From assembly GCA_965216635.1 (NCBI GenBank), contig OZ244188.1, positions 896,001 to 960,000 on the forward strand: a stretch of 64,000 bases of DNA, in the 5' to 3' direction. Numbering within the stretch: position 1 is the stretch's first letter; every line of letters begins with the position of its first letter. The stretch comes from a bacterium (GTDB lineage Bacteria; SAR324; XYD2-FULL-50-16; G965216635). The position numbers were made by a program, and so were the translations under genes. Below the pieces are notes generated by a model, which saw nothing but the letters and a program-made list of their open reading frames with translations, did not search any database and was not told the DNA's origin. This document shows positions 51,256-61,482 of this stretch, piece by piece.

Positions 51256-53079
51256 TTAAGAGAGCTTAGTTTTATCACGAAAATAGGGTTGCAGTATTTG
51301 TCTTGCGGTAGCCGCAGCATACCTCCCAGCTTTCCCATTTTCCAACAAAATCACAATAGAAATTTGAGGATCATGTACAGGAGCAAAACCAGCAAACCAA
51401 GCGTGGTCTTCCAGTTCAGGATTTAATTCGCCTTTCTCTTCTATGATTTTGCGACGGGTTTTGTAGCTAATTACTTGAGTAGTCCCAGTTTTTCCTCCCA
51501 TGGGAAAGATAGAATTAGCAGCAGCTCTACTTGTACCTGTTTGACTAGAAACCGATTGACTCATTCCTTCTATAATTAGATTTAAATTTTTAGGATCAAA
51601 CCCCAAATGCTCTGTTTTTAATTTGGTTTTTATTGTTTTTTCTTTTTGTTTTATGTAATTTAGTATTCTGGGTTGGACAATGTTTCCTCCATTTACAAGA
51701 GCATTAACATAAGTAAGTAATTGTATGGGTGTAACTGCAATGTAAGATTGCCCTATACTGACTCCGATAGTTTCTCCCAAGAACCATCTCGATTTCTTAT
51801 TTTTCTCTTTCCATTTTTTATTAGGTATAAGCCCTTTTTTTTCATTCGGTATATCAATACCTGATATTTTTCCAAGCTGTAATTTTGTAGCATATTCATA
51901 AATTTTCTCTACGCCTAGTTTTAATCCAAGTTGATAAAAGAAAGTATTACAAGATGCAGCTATAGCCTCTACTAGATTGATTTTACCATGGCCGCTTTTT
52001 TTCCAACAATAATAGAGTTTACTATTTAATTTGTAATGTCCGTTACAAGTGTAGGTAAATTCTTCATCAATCAAACCTTCTTCTAATGCAGCAATTGCTA
52101 CAACCATCTTAAAAGTAGAACCTGGGGAATAAAGTCCTTGCACACAGCGGTTATTTAAAAAACCCTGTTTGTTATTCGTAAGGTTTAACCATTCTTTTTT
52201 ACTTAAAAAAGAAGAAAATCTATTGGGATTAAAGGTAGGGTTGCTACACATAGCAATGACTTTTCCATTTTTAGGGTTCATTACAATCACTGCTCCTTTG
52301 CGTTGTTGTAAAACAGAATAAATATGCATTTGCAAATCTAAATCTAGGTTTAGATGAAGATCATCCCCCGCTACTGGAGTTTTTACATATTGAGAATCAG
52401 TAATTTTACCCGCACTATTATTTTCTATTCTCAAACCTCCATCAGTACCCAAAAGCTGTGCATTGTAATATTTTTCCACTCCAGAACTACCAATAAAACT
52501 AGCAGATTTCACTTGGGTGGCTTTTATTTTTTTTAAATTTTTCAGGTCAATTTGATTCATATAACCCAATACATGAACCAAAAAGTTTTCATGGGTATAG
52601 TGTCTTATTTGACTAATATCAATAGATACACCGGGAAATTCTTCTCTATAGGTTTCTACAAGAACTACTTGCTTCCAAGTTAAATTGTTATAAATTTTAA
52701 CAGATGCAAAGCGGTTTTTTTTTTTGTTGACTGTAAAATTGGCTAGTAATGAGCGGTAAGGAATACCTAGTGTGGATGATATTTTTTGAAATATTTTACG
52801 AGTATTTTTTTGATTATTATCAATAATGACTAGATCATAAGAAATAAGGTTTTTCGCTAGTAGCGATTCTTTTTTATCGTAGATTAAACCGCGTACTCCA
52901 CTAATAGGGATCAAATGAATGCGATTTTCTTTAGAAAGTTTTTTGTATTTATTTCCATTGGTTAGCTGTAGGTTCCACAGTCTAACCCCTAATACAATAA
53001 AAGCAGCACCTAAAGAGCCTTTAATAATAAATTCTCTTCTATCTAAAATACGTTTTTCTTGCTTGTTTATAGTGCTCAT
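51256..53079 (-). CDS. mrdA: Penicillin-binding protein 2
   Basis: RGLIYD, SPGSTFK (SxxK), SCN (SxN), GGKTGT (KTG), DHAWF. Confidence 0.95.
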   Translation of the reverse strand: MSTINKQEKRILDRREFIIKGSLGAAFIVLGVRLWNLQLTNGNKYKKLSKENRIHLIPISGVRGLIYDKKESLLAKNLISYDLVIIDNNQKNTRKIFQKISSTLGIPYRSLLANFTVNKKKNRFASVKIYNNLTWKQVVLVETYREEFPGVSIDISQIRHYTHENFLVHVLGYMNQIDLKNLKKIKATQVKSASFIGSSGVEKYYNAQLLGTDGGLRIENNSAGKITDSQYVKTPVAGDDLHLNLDLDLQMHIYSVLQQRKGAVIVMNPKNGKVIAMCSNPTFNPNRFSSFLSKKEWLNLTNNKQGFLNNRCVQGLYSPGSTFKMVVAIAALEEGLIDEEFTYTCNGHYKLNSKLYYCWKKSGHGKINLVEAIAASCNTFFYQLGLKLGVEKIYEYATKLQLGKISGIDIPNEKKGLIPNKKWKEKNKKSRWFLGETIGVSIGQSYIAVTPIQLLTYVNALVNGGNIVQPRILNYIKQKEKTIKTKLKTEHLGFDPKNLNLIIEGMSQSVSSQTGTSRAAANSIFPMGGKTGTTQVISYKTRRKIIEEKGELNPELEDHAWFAGFAPVHDPQISIVILLENGKAGRYAAATARQILQPYFRDKTKLS

Positions 53080-53161
53080 TTGAAAAAAGGATTTTTGATT
53101 TTATTATGGACTAAATGAATTTTAATAGACTTTTGAATTTTAATTTCAGCGATAGTTTTTT

Positions 53162-53644
53162 CTAATCTAGGTAAAAAAATTTTCTTTCTAGTTTTCTAAT
53201 TATAAGAAATACGAGTAATAGTAATGCAGTTGTTGGTACGACTTCTACCCACAAAGAGCTGGTGAAGAAAGTAAAAAGATGGTTTTCAGCGATAAAAAGA
53301 TAATTTATAAATATCCATAAAAAGTGCATTCCACAAAAAACAATAAATCCGGCGAGTATATGCTGCCAAAAATTTTCTTTTTCTAATATAAAAAAATAAG
53401 GCACATAGTAAGAAAAAAAAAAGACTACGGCGTAACTACCAAGCAATGAAAAACTTAAATAATCGTAGGTTAACCCTAAAAAGGCTAAGAACAAAGAATC
53501 ATAAAATCCTCTAAAAAAAACAGCTAAGCAGTAGGCTAGAGCGAAAAAAAAACTAAATTTAAGGGTTGAAAAATAGCTGTCAAAAAAGGCTTGGAATATT
53601 ATTGCTACTAACCAAAGGATTACAAAAAAGACGAATTTTTTCAT
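53162..53644 (-). CDS. mreD: Rod shape-determining protein MreD
   Basis: Hydrophobic 160 aa with GLTYD..LG, located between mreC and mrdA. Confidence 0.75.
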   Translation of the reverse strand: MKKFVFFVILWLVAIIFQAFFDSYFSTLKFSFFFALAYCLAVFFRGFYDSLFLAFLGLTYDYLSFSLLGSYAVVFFFSYYVPYFFILEKENFWQHILAGFIVFCGMHFLWIFINYLFIAENHLFTFFTSSLWVEVVPTTALLLLVFLIIRKLERKFFYLD

Positions 53645-54495
53645 AATTCTTCTTGAAATAGAGGTAGGCTTTCGTTTTGCACCGCTTTTAGCACAACAAA
53701 TACATATTCTATTCTAGAAAAATTCACATAGGGCTCTATATCCGCTTCTAATGAATAGTAGTATTTGTTTTCTTTAAAATTTTTCACTGTTCCTACTGGA
53801 AATTCTTTAGGAAAAATACCCGCCAACCCAGAGGTTACTATCTCATCTCCTTTTTGAATATCACTTTTTAAGAAAACAAATTTTAAACTTAATAAATTTT
53901 TACCCTCTCCTTGTAAAATACCTCTATCTCTGGTTCTTTTTAGGATTACCGGAATATTAGATTTTTTACTTGTGATAAGCTGTACATAAGAAGTAGTATT
54001 TTGCACAGTTAAAATTTTTCCTATTATTCCCAAAGAGTTAATAACAGCTTGGTTTTTTAATATTCCATGTTTTCTGCCTTTATTGATAACAAAATAATTA
54101 GTGTAATTATCGGATACACTTCCGATAATTTCAGCTAATTTTTTTTGGTCTTCGTTTTTTTTGTCAAATTGAAAAGCTTCTCTTAAATTTTGATTTTCAA
54201 CTGCAATACTTTTGTAGTTGAGAATTTTCAATCTATTTTCTTCCAGTTTTTTTTTTATTCTATCGTTTTCTTTTTTTAAATCTATCAGTATAAAATAGCG
54301 TCTGGAGAAAGAAACAAAAACTTGTTTGATATTATTAGAGAGGTTTCTAGCAGGGAGCGCAATGGATAAAACAATTCTTCCTAGCACGAAATCATTTCCT
54401 TTTTTGTTTTTGTTAATTTGTATAAAAACAATAGCAAGAAGCAAGAAAGATATGAATAGGATATTTTTTTTTTTTTTTCTAAGGTAAGCAAACAT
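53641..54495 (-). CDS. mreC: Rod shape-determining protein MreC
   Basis: INKGRKHG, GIIGKI, VTSGLAGIFPKEFPVG; ATG at 54495 preferred (54528 possible). Confidence 0.92.
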   Translation of the reverse strand: MFAYLRKKKKNILFISFLLLAIVFIQINKNKKGNDFVLGRIVLSIALPARNLSNNIKQVFVSFSRRYFILIDLKKENDRIKKKLEENRLKILNYKSIAVENQNLREAFQFDKKNEDQKKLAEIIGSVSDNYTNYFVINKGRKHGILKNQAVINSLGIIGKILTVQNTTSYVQLITSKKSNIPVILKRTRDRGILQGEGKNLLSLKFVFLKSDIQKGDEIVTSGLAGIFPKEFPVGTVKNFKENKYYYSLEADIEPYVNFSRIEYVFVVLKAVQNESLPLFQEEL

Positions 54496-54566
54496 TGAAT
54501 CAATTACCAAAATTTTTAAATTAGACAAACACAGTAGTTAAACAAGTCTATCTACTCTAAAAATTT

Positions 54567-55607
54567 CTATTTAAAATACTTTTTCCACTGGTCTAGATTA
54601 TTCAATATATAGCCTACCCCTAAAGCAACACAAGATAACGGATCCTCTGCGTAGATTATGGGAAGTCTTGTTCTTTCTCTCAATAAAATATCTAAATTCC
54701 TTAACAAAGAACCGCCACCTGAAAGCACAATGCCTCTATCTACAATATCTGCAGCCAATTCTGGGGGAGTGTCTTCTAAAGCATTTTTTGTTGCTTGAAT
54801 AATCAATTCACAGATATCCGACAAAGATTCCATTACTTCTTGGTTCGTCAAGCTAATAATTCTAGGTATTCCAGTTAGTAAATCTCTTCCTTTAACAGCC
54901 TTAGTATTGCTTTCTGCTTCCACATCATTAAAAGCACAACCTATATCTATTTTAATTTGCTCTGCCGTTTTTTCGCCTATCAATAGATTGTATTTTTTTT
55001 TAACATATTGGATAATATTTTCATCCATTGTATCCCCACCTATTTTACTAGAATGACTATAAACCACTCCACCCATAGAGATGACAGCAATTTCTGTAGT
55101 TCCTCCTCCAATATCTATAATCATATTACCGTTGGGCTCCGAAATGGGTAGACCAGCTCCGACAGCTGCGGCCATAGACTCATCAATTAAGTAGACTTCA
55201 CCAGAGCCAGCAAATTCTGCAGCTTCTCTAACAGCTCTTTTTTCTACCTGAGTTATTCCAGCGGGAATACCTATAACCAATCTAGGTTTTAGTTTGAAAA
55301 AAGAAGTTTCTTTTTGGACGCGTTTAATAAAATATTTCATCATTTCAGCAGTAACATCAAAATTTGCAATCACACCATCTTTTACTGGACGGATAGCTTG
55401 GATATTACCAGGTGTTCTACCTAACATATTTTTTGCTTCACTACCCACAGCAACTACTTTGGGTTTTCCTGTAGATGTTTGCATCACTGCAACTACTGAA
55501 GGTTCACGAATGGCTACACCTTTGTTGGGTAAAAAAACAAGAGTATTGGCAGTTCCAAGATCAATTGCCATATCACAACGGATAAATTTTGTTGCTTTTT
55601 GAAACAT
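54567..55607 (-). CDS. mreB: Rod shape-determining protein MreB
   Basis: AIDLGTANTL, IDIGGGTTE, TPPELAADI, GGGSLL. Confidence 0.98.
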   Translation of the reverse strand: MFQKATKFIRCDMAIDLGTANTLVFLPNKGVAIREPSVVAVMQTSTGKPKVVAVGSEAKNMLGRTPGNIQAIRPVKDGVIANFDVTAEMMKYFIKRVQKETSFFKLKPRLVIGIPAGITQVEKRAVREAAEFAGSGEVYLIDESMAAAVGAGLPISEPNGNMIIDIGGGTTEIAVISMGGVVYSHSSKIGGDTMDENIIQYVKKKYNLLIGEKTAEQIKIDIGCAFNDVEAESNTKAVKGRDLLTGIPRIISLTNQEVMESLSDICELIIQATKNALEDTPPELAADIVDRGIVLSGGGSLLRNLDILLRERTRLPIIYAEDPLSCVALGVGYILNNLDQWKKYFK

Positions 55608-55625
55608 TTTATTTAGTTCAAAGAT

Positions 55626-56114
55626 TTAAATTTGTTTTAAGATTGATTTTTCTAAATATATTAAATCTTTCTTCATTTTCAATCCTCCTCCAAATCCAGT
55701 TAGGTTTGAATTTGAACCTATTATACGATGACAAGGATATACAATAGGGATGGGATTACTACGCATCACAGCACCTACAGCTCTAGCATATTTCGCAGAT
55801 AAACCAGCTTGAATAGCCAGATCTTTGTAGGAAATAGTCGCAGCATAGGCTACCTTATACAGACTCTCCAATACTTTTTTTTGAAAAGCAGTCTTACTGA
55901 TTTCGGTTTTCAATGAAAATTTTTTTATCTTTCCTTTAAAATAAAGTTCTAGTTGTTTTTTAGCAAGCAATAATATTTCTGTTTCTTTTTTAGGAAGAGT
56001 GAGATTTTTTGGTTTTCCTTTCAGGTAAATATTACAAAGTTTATCTTCTGTAGCCAGTAGACAAAGTTTACCTATAGGAGTTTCTAATTCATCAAAATAT
56101 AAAGCACGCGTCAT
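55626..56114 (-). CDS. ogt: Methylated-DNA--protein-cysteine methyltransferase
   Basis: TPIG, ARAVG, NPIPIVYPCHRIIG. Confidence 0.93.
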   Translation of the reverse strand: MTRALYFDELETPIGKLCLLATEDKLCNIYLKGKPKNLTLPKKETEILLLAKKQLELYFKGKIKKFSLKTEISKTAFQKKVLESLYKVAYAATISYKDLAIQAGLSAKYARAVGAVMRSNPIPIVYPCHRIIGSNSNLTGFGGGLKMKKDLIYLEKSILKQI

Positions 56115-57454
56115 TTTTTATCTACAAAATGGGAGATTAAATTTGTACCTAACTCGCCATCTTGAAAACGAAGACTAGCTAGTATTCTTTTTTCAAGAGG
56201 TATAGAGGTTTTAACACCCTCTATTAAAAATTCATCTAGTGCTTGCCTCATTTTTTGAATTGCTTGCGGACGATTGGCAGCGTGGACAATGACTTTGGCG
56301 ATTAAGGAATCGTAAAAAACGGGAATGGTATAGCCTTGATAGACAAAAGAATCAATTCTGACACCAAAGCCACCCGGTGAATGATAACTTTCAATTTTTC
56401 CTGGAGATGGAACAAAAGTATTGGGGTCTTCAGCGTTAATACGACATTCTAAAGCGTGTCCTTTAAAAGAAATTTCTTCTTGTTTAAAACTTAAAGGCTC
56501 TCCTGAAGCAATTCTAATTTGCTCTTGCACTAAATCTACACCGCTCACTTCTTCTGTTACAGGGTGTTCTACTTGCAACCTTGTATTCATTTCAATAAAA
56601 TAAAAGTTTTGTTTTTTATCCACAATAAATTCCATAGTTCCTAAAGAAAGATAACCTATTTTTTTTACCAAATTTAAAGAAACGGTCTGCATTTTTTCTA
56701 ACGTTTCTTGTCTTAAAAAAGGAGCTGGAGACTCTTCAATGATTTTTTGATTTCTTCTCTGGCAAGAGCAGTCTCTAGACCCCAAATGAGCTATATTACC
56801 GTGAGAATCTCCTAAAACTTGAATTTCTACATGGCGCGGATTTTCAATAAATTTTTCAATAAAAACCTCGTCATTTCCAAAGCTAACTTGAGCTTCAGAC
56901 CTCGCTATCTCATAAGATTTATTCAAACTTCCTTTAGAATAGACAACTCTCATTCCTCTACCTCCGCCTCCGGCGGTTGCTTTGATCATTACGGGAAAAC
57001 CAATATCTTCTACTATTTTATAAGCATCTTGGATGGTTGGCACTCCTTCGGTGCTACCTTCTACTACCGGCACTTTTGCATTTCTAGCCATAATTCTAGA
57101 TTGTATCTTATCCCCCATGATCTTTATGTGCTCTGTTTTAGGACCTATAAAAACTATGTTAGAAGTGTTGCATTTATCTACAAAATCTGCTCTTTCCGAT
57201 AAAAAACCATAACCCGGATGAATAGCTTCGGCTCCAGATATTTCTGCCGCTGCAATAATAGATGGAATTCTTAGATAGCTTTCACTAGCAGGTGCGTCAC
57301 CTATACAGATAGATTCGTCTGCCAGTTTTGTATGCAGACTATCTACGTCAGCAGTAGAATGGATTGCCACACTAGAAATTCCTAAAATTTTGCAAGCCCT
57401 AATAATGCGAATTGCTATTTCTCCGCGGTTTGCTATGAGTATTTTTTTAAACAC
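56111..57454 (-). CDS. accC: Biotin carboxylase
   Basis: KILIANRGEIA, HPGYGFLSE, GGGGRGMR, EMNTRLQVEHPVTE. Confidence 0.97.
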   Translation of the reverse strand: MFKKILIANRGEIAIRIIRACKILGISSVAIHSTADVDSLHTKLADESICIGDAPASESYLRIPSIIAAAEISGAEAIHPGYGFLSERADFVDKCNTSNIVFIGPKTEHIKIMGDKIQSRIMARNAKVPVVEGSTEGVPTIQDAYKIVEDIGFPVMIKATAGGGGRGMRVVYSKGSLNKSYEIARSEAQVSFGNDEVFIEKFIENPRHVEIQVLGDSHGNIAHLGSRDCSCQRRNQKIIEESPAPFLRQETLEKMQTVSLNLVKKIGYLSLGTMEFIVDKKQNFYFIEMNTRLQVEHPVTEEVSGVDLVQEQIRIASGEPLSFKQEEISFKGHALECRINAEDPNTFVPSPGKIESYHSPGGFGVRIDSFVYQGYTIPVFYDSLIAKVIVHAANRPQAIQKMRQALDEFLIEGVKTSIPLEKRILASLRFQDGELGTNLISHFVDKK

Positions 57455-57456
57455 AG

Positions 57457-57963
57457 TTAAGGCTTTCTAATTCTAAAAATTCTACTTTTATACTCCACAA
57501 AATGAGCATTTTCTATATAAATTTTCTCTATTGTGCCATCTACCTCTGCTTCAATGATATTCATGATTTTCATTGCTTCCACAATACAAAGAGGATCTCC
57601 TTTTTTTACTTTAGAACCTACTTTCACAAAAGGTTCTTCATCTGGATTAGAAGATTGATAAAAAGTTCCTACTAAGGGGGATTCCACATGAAATATATTA
57701 GGATCCTCTTTTGTCTCTTTAGTCTGAAGTGTATTGCTAGGCTCTTGTTTGGTTTTTGTAGCACTATTTTCATCTATTTCGGCATCTCTTTTGGCATCAG
57801 TTTGGGCATGGGGCTGACTACGGGGAGTGAATTGATTAGGGATAGCTTCAAAAGCAGGAGCTTTCTTGAGCTCAATTTTATTTTCACCTTCCTTATAGCT
57901 AATTTCGTGCAGGTTGGAATCTACCAAAATTTTTATTAACTCTTTAATCTGTTCAAATTTCAT
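57457..57963 (-). CDS. accB: Biotin carboxyl carrier protein
   Basis: SPLVGTFY, IVEAMKIMN. Confidence 0.96.
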   Translation of the reverse strand: MKFEQIKELIKILVDSNLHEISYKEGENKIELKKAPAFEAIPNQFTPRSQPHAQTDAKRDAEIDENSATKTKQEPSNTLQTKETKEDPNIFHVESPLVGTFYQSSNPDEEPFVKVGSKVKKGDPLCIVEAMKIMNIIEAEVDGTIEKIYIENAHFVEYKSRIFRIRKP

Positions 57964-58050
57964 TTTTTTGTTTTTGAAAGTATGAAACCATTACAAAACT
58001 TCTAGTGCAATGTTTCCAGAAAATTTTAAATTAGTCTTCACAAGGAAATA

Positions 58051-58293
58051 TAGACCTTTGAATTTGCGTTATGTGACGGCTAGGCAAGACAAAAAAAAAT
58101 TTTAGCTCGCAGGAATACTCAAGTATTTCAAGAGTTAAAAATTTTTTTTAATGGCGTAGCAAAAAACACTACAAACCTTGCATACTCCAAAAAAGAAATG
58201 AAAAAGTTCCAAAAGGCACTTTTTCTATAGCCCATAAATAATTTCAAGCAATAAGCTTGTTTTGGCTAAACAGAATGCAAATTCAAAAGTCTA
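58051..58293 (+). mobile_element. MITE-like element, flanked by TA on both sides
   Basis: ta|tagacctttgaatttgcg..atgcaaattcaaaagtcta|ta. Confidence 0.85.
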
Positions 58294-58400
58294 TAATAAA
58301 AGCTATTACTAAAAAAGTCAATACCAAAATTAAAAAATACCTATGAAATGGAAAAAAAATAATACATCCTCGTTTTAATTTAGCAGTAACAGAGCCTTTA

Positions 58401-58472
58401 TTCACAAATGGTAAGAGTTAAAAAAAAATTTTAACACTGCTTTGGCTAAACAGAATGCAAATTCAAAAGTTT
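58401..58472 (+). mobile_element. MITE-like right-half fragment overlapping the 3' end of the metE-like gene
   Basis: ttcacaaatggtaagagttaaaaaaaaattttaacactgctttggctaaacagaatgcaaattcaaaagt. Confidence 0.75.
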
Positions 58473-60917
58473 CTTTAATTTTTGAACGCGCTGCGAAACA
58501 TCTGTCCCTTGCCATTCTTGGTTAGTAGAGGTTCTCTTTAAACTCACCCAAATTGGTTTATCCTTCAAATTGCTATTCATCCATTGAAGAATTTTTTTCG
58601 GTATGGAGATGCCCGCCTCCCCCTTTTCCAAGATATTCAAATCTATTTCTAAAGAAATTTTTGCATTTATTTTTTTTTTCTTCAGGTATTGAACTTTTTT
58701 TACAATATCTTTAAAAGTAGTATTCTGTGAAATTTCCAAAAAACAGACATCCATAATCTCCAATTTATCCAGCTGCAGCAAAAAGAAAAGCGCATTACTA
58801 TAAATATGGATTTGTGTTTTTTTTTTGATTCCGCGACTGCAGAAAGCAAGAGATTGCACAGTTTGTTCTAAAAAATCGCTTTTTAATTGCACTGCACCTT
58901 TTGATTGTAAATTTTTCCAATATAAACTTTTCCAGTATAAACTTTTCCAATATGATTTTTTCCAATATGATTTTTTCCAATATAAATTTTTCCAGTATAA
59001 ACTTTTCCAAAAGAAATTTTTCCAATATGAATTTTCCCAATATAAATTTTCCCAATATAAACTCTCCCAATATAAATTTTCTAGGGGAGGGATGTCCCAT
59101 TGTATAAAAGAAATATTTGCTTTTTCTAGGTTTAATAGGGTTTTATGAACTGCCAAGCTAATTTCCTCAAGAAGTGCTGTAAAAGTTTTATCTTTTCTTA
59201 AAAAGGACTGATATAGAACTGTATTAGGCATTGTTAAAAGAACTTTAAAATTTTTTGAAGAATATTTTTTTTCATTAGCAAATTTAATGGGTTCACAACA
59301 GAAAAAAGGGTTATCTGGTGTTTTTACATCATCGTATAAAATTGGAGGTTTATAGCAGGTTAGTCCAAAAGATTGCACCCATCCATTTTTTGTAATTGCA
59401 AAGCCCGATAAAAATTCGCAAAAACTATCTAGTCTGCTATAAAACCCTGCTTCTCCTAAGGGGATTAAATTTAGTCCCAATCGTGATTGTAAGGAATCTA
59501 TAGATTGTTTTTCTGGAATTGTTTCTGTAACTAGAGATAAAGAGGTTGAAGTTGTCAGTGGGTTTTGCGGTAAACCGTCTAATAACTGTTTCTTTGCTCT
59601 TATTTGAGTGGCGGTTTTTCTGATTTTTAACTGGTTTACTATTTTGTCTTCATTTAAATTTTTTTGAAAAAATAATTTATTAAAAGCGGAGGTCTTTAAA
59701 GTTGAGGTTTTTAAAGTTACTGGTGCAACCGTATTTGTAACAGATTTAAAACTTGAATAAGAATCTATTTCTGTTTGGATTACTTTCGCTCCTTTATTTA
59801 AACCTTTCGTTAATAAAGCTACTTCTTCAATTTTTTGTTTAGCAAAAGCTAGTTTGTGTTGAATTTTTTTCATTGCAGGAGAAGAAAAATCCTCTAAATT
59901 TTTATCGTAAGGCACAAAAAGTAAGGAGCTATTAGGAGCAACCTGAATTTTTTCTAAACCGAATTTACGAGCGGCTTTTTCTAAGTACTTTAAAGAATGA
60001 GCGAGATTGTTTTTCCAAATATTTGTAGCATCTACTACTCCTAAAGAAATGGACGAATAGGATTCTAAATTTTTAGAAAGTATAAAATCCAGTTGTTTTG
60101 CATCTGCTACCAGATCTAAATGAATAGTGGAAAAAGGTAATCCGTCCAAAGCAGCCCAATTTTGACAAATACTACCAAAATAACTGATCAAAGCAGTGTG
60201 TAAATCACTGTGGGATAATAGGTGCTTATAAGCTTTATAAAAAATCTGTTGCTGCTCTTGAGTAAGATTTAGTGTTAAACAGGGTTCGTGAAAATAAACT
60301 CGCTCTGCTCCGCGGTTTTTCAACTTTTCTAATAAACTCTCATAACATCTTAAAAGTTTATAAATTAGAGAGAGCCTGTTAAAATTTCCCTCTCCAAGCA
60401 TTAAAAAGGAAAAAGGTCCTAAAATAGAAGGAATTGTTTCTATTCCACAAGATTTAGCTTCTAAATATTCTAATACAGGTTTTTGAGTAGATAAAGAAAA
60501 TTGCTGTCTTCTTGTGAACTCTGGAACGACATATTGATATTTTGTATCAAAAAACGTTTTTGTTTTTAAAGGAGCAATGATTTTATCACGAACAGTAGTT
60601 TGATTTATGGGGTATCCCACCATTTCAAAGTAGGTCTCAAAATCTACCAGTTTTTTTCTATTCCAATGAAATCTTTTAGGAACGACCCCGAAAAGAGCTG
60701 CCGTATCTAAAACAAAATCAAAATAAGAAAAATCATTAGAAGGGATGTGGTCTATACCAGCATTTTTTTGGACGATCCATTTTTTTTGGCGAATTTTTCT
60801 GACAAAAATTTCTAGTGTTTCTTGGAGAATTTTACCAGTTACAAAACCCTGGATGGTGCGAGTAAGTTCTAAGTTCGCTCCTATGTTGGGAAAGCCTAAG
60901 CTACTAGAGGTTGCCAT
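58446..60917 (-). CDS. metE: Degenerate cobalamin-independent methionine synthase homolog
   Basis: LGFPNIG, IPSNDFSYFDFVLD, FDTKYQYVVPE, GVVDATNIWK, LAFAKQK, NGWVQSFG..KPP; Zn ligands absent. Confidence 0.8.
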   Translation of the reverse strand: MATSSSLGFPNIGANLELTRTIQGFVTGKILQETLEIFVRKIRQKKWIVQKNAGIDHIPSNDFSYFDFVLDTAALFGVVPKRFHWNRKKLVDFETYFEMVGYPINQTTVRDKIIAPLKTKTFFDTKYQYVVPEFTRRQQFSLSTQKPVLEYLEAKSCGIETIPSILGPFSFLMLGEGNFNRLSLIYKLLRCYESLLEKLKNRGAERVYFHEPCLTLNLTQEQQQIFYKAYKHLLSHSDLHTALISYFGSICQNWAALDGLPFSTIHLDLVADAKQLDFILSKNLESYSSISLGVVDATNIWKNNLAHSLKYLEKAARKFGLEKIQVAPNSSLLFVPYDKNLEDFSSPAMKKIQHKLAFAKQKIEEVALLTKGLNKGAKVIQTEIDSYSSFKSVTNTVAPVTLKTSTLKTSAFNKLFFQKNLNEDKIVNQLKIRKTATQIRAKKQLLDGLPQNPLTTSTSLSLVTETIPEKQSIDSLQSRLGLNLIPLGEAGFYSRLDSFCEFLSGFAITKNGWVQSFGLTCYKPPILYDDVKTPDNPFFCCEPIKFANEKKYSSKNFKVLLTMPNTVLYQSFLRKDKTFTALLEEISLAVHKTLLNLEKANISFIQWDIPPLENLYWESLYWENLYWENSYWKNFFWKSLYWKNLYWKKSYWKKSYWKSLYWKSLYWKNLQSKGAVQLKSDFLEQTVQSLAFCSRGIKKKTQIHIYSNALFFLLQLDKLEIMDVCFLEISQNTTFKDIVKKVQYLKKKKINAKISLEIDLNILEKGEAGISIPKKILQWMNSNLKDKPIWVSLKRTSTNQEWQGTDVSQRVQKLKKLLNLHSV
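58908..59082 (-). repeat. 15-bp coding tandem repeat, 11 copies plus a partial, encoding (Y/F)W(K/E)(N/S/K)(L/S/F)
   Basis: Repeated tataaatttttccaa-like units on the + strand. Confidence 0.95.
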
Positions 60918-61371
60918 TTTGTCTTTTTAAAAAAAATCTCACCAATCTTAAAAAGCTACTCACTGCAAAACTAAACAGAATAATAAAAAAAAACAGACTT
61001 GGTAACCAACGAGGAATATTTAAATCTCCTTCAAAATAATTTTGAAAATCCCATTGATAAAGCAAATTATTCCAAGCAGAAATTGCAATAAAAATACTAA
61101 TCAACAAGACTGTGAACATAGAAAATAAATCTATTTTTCTCTTTGTTTTTTGAGAAAATTTATCAAAAAAAAAGTTAATTCTAATATGTTCGGAGTGCAA
61201 ACCTATTAAAGGAAAAAAAATTGTCAGAGCAATAAAAATTTCTGCAATTTGTATGTAATCAGGGATGGAGGATAAAAAAAAATTACGCAGAAATACCTGC
61301 ACACCAATCAACAGTGTAATGACGAGTAGGCAAGCAGCAGCAAAATTTAAAAAAAAATGAGAACTTTTCAT
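60904..61371 (-). CDS. TRAP transporter small permease (DctQ-like)
   Basis: QVFLRNFF, EHIRINFF, four TM segments, next to dctP. Confidence 0.8.
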   Translation of the reverse strand: MKSSHFFLNFAAACLLVITLLIGVQVFLRNFFLSSIPDYIQIAEIFIALTIFFPLIGLHSEHIRINFFFDKFSQKTKRKIDLFSMFTVLLISIFIAISAWNNLLYQWDFQNYFEGDLNIPRWLPSLFFFIILFSFAVSSFLRLVRFFLKRQNGNL

Positions 61372-61389
61372 TAACGTTTTGTTTAACTC

Positions 61390-61450
61390 CCAATAGACTA
61401 ATTATACCGCCAATAGACTAACCTAATAGATTATACCGCCAATAGACTAA
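61390..61450 (+). repeat. Short intergenic direct repeats (ccaatagactaa x3)
   Basis: Copies at 61390, 61410 and 61439; attataccgccaatagactaa occurs twice. Confidence 0.85.
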
Positions 61451-61482
61451 ACAAGCAGACTTGTCTAATTACAAAGTGCTCC

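Noticed and set aside
54464..54478. Long T tract (poly-A on the coding strand) near the mreC start as a phase-variation switch
   Set aside because: Frame is intact, the gene is normally essential, and long A/T runs are common throughout the window
58908..59082. Possible CRISPR array
   Set aside because: Contiguous 15-bp units with no unique spacers, in frame within a CDS, no cas genes
58798..59148. Three overlapping pentapeptide-repeat ORFs in other frames
   Set aside because: By-products of the 15-bp repeat inside the metE-like gene
61390..61450. Possible mini-CRISPR or iterons
   Set aside because: 12-bp repeats with 8-17 bp gaps that are themselves repeated; no cas or rep gene
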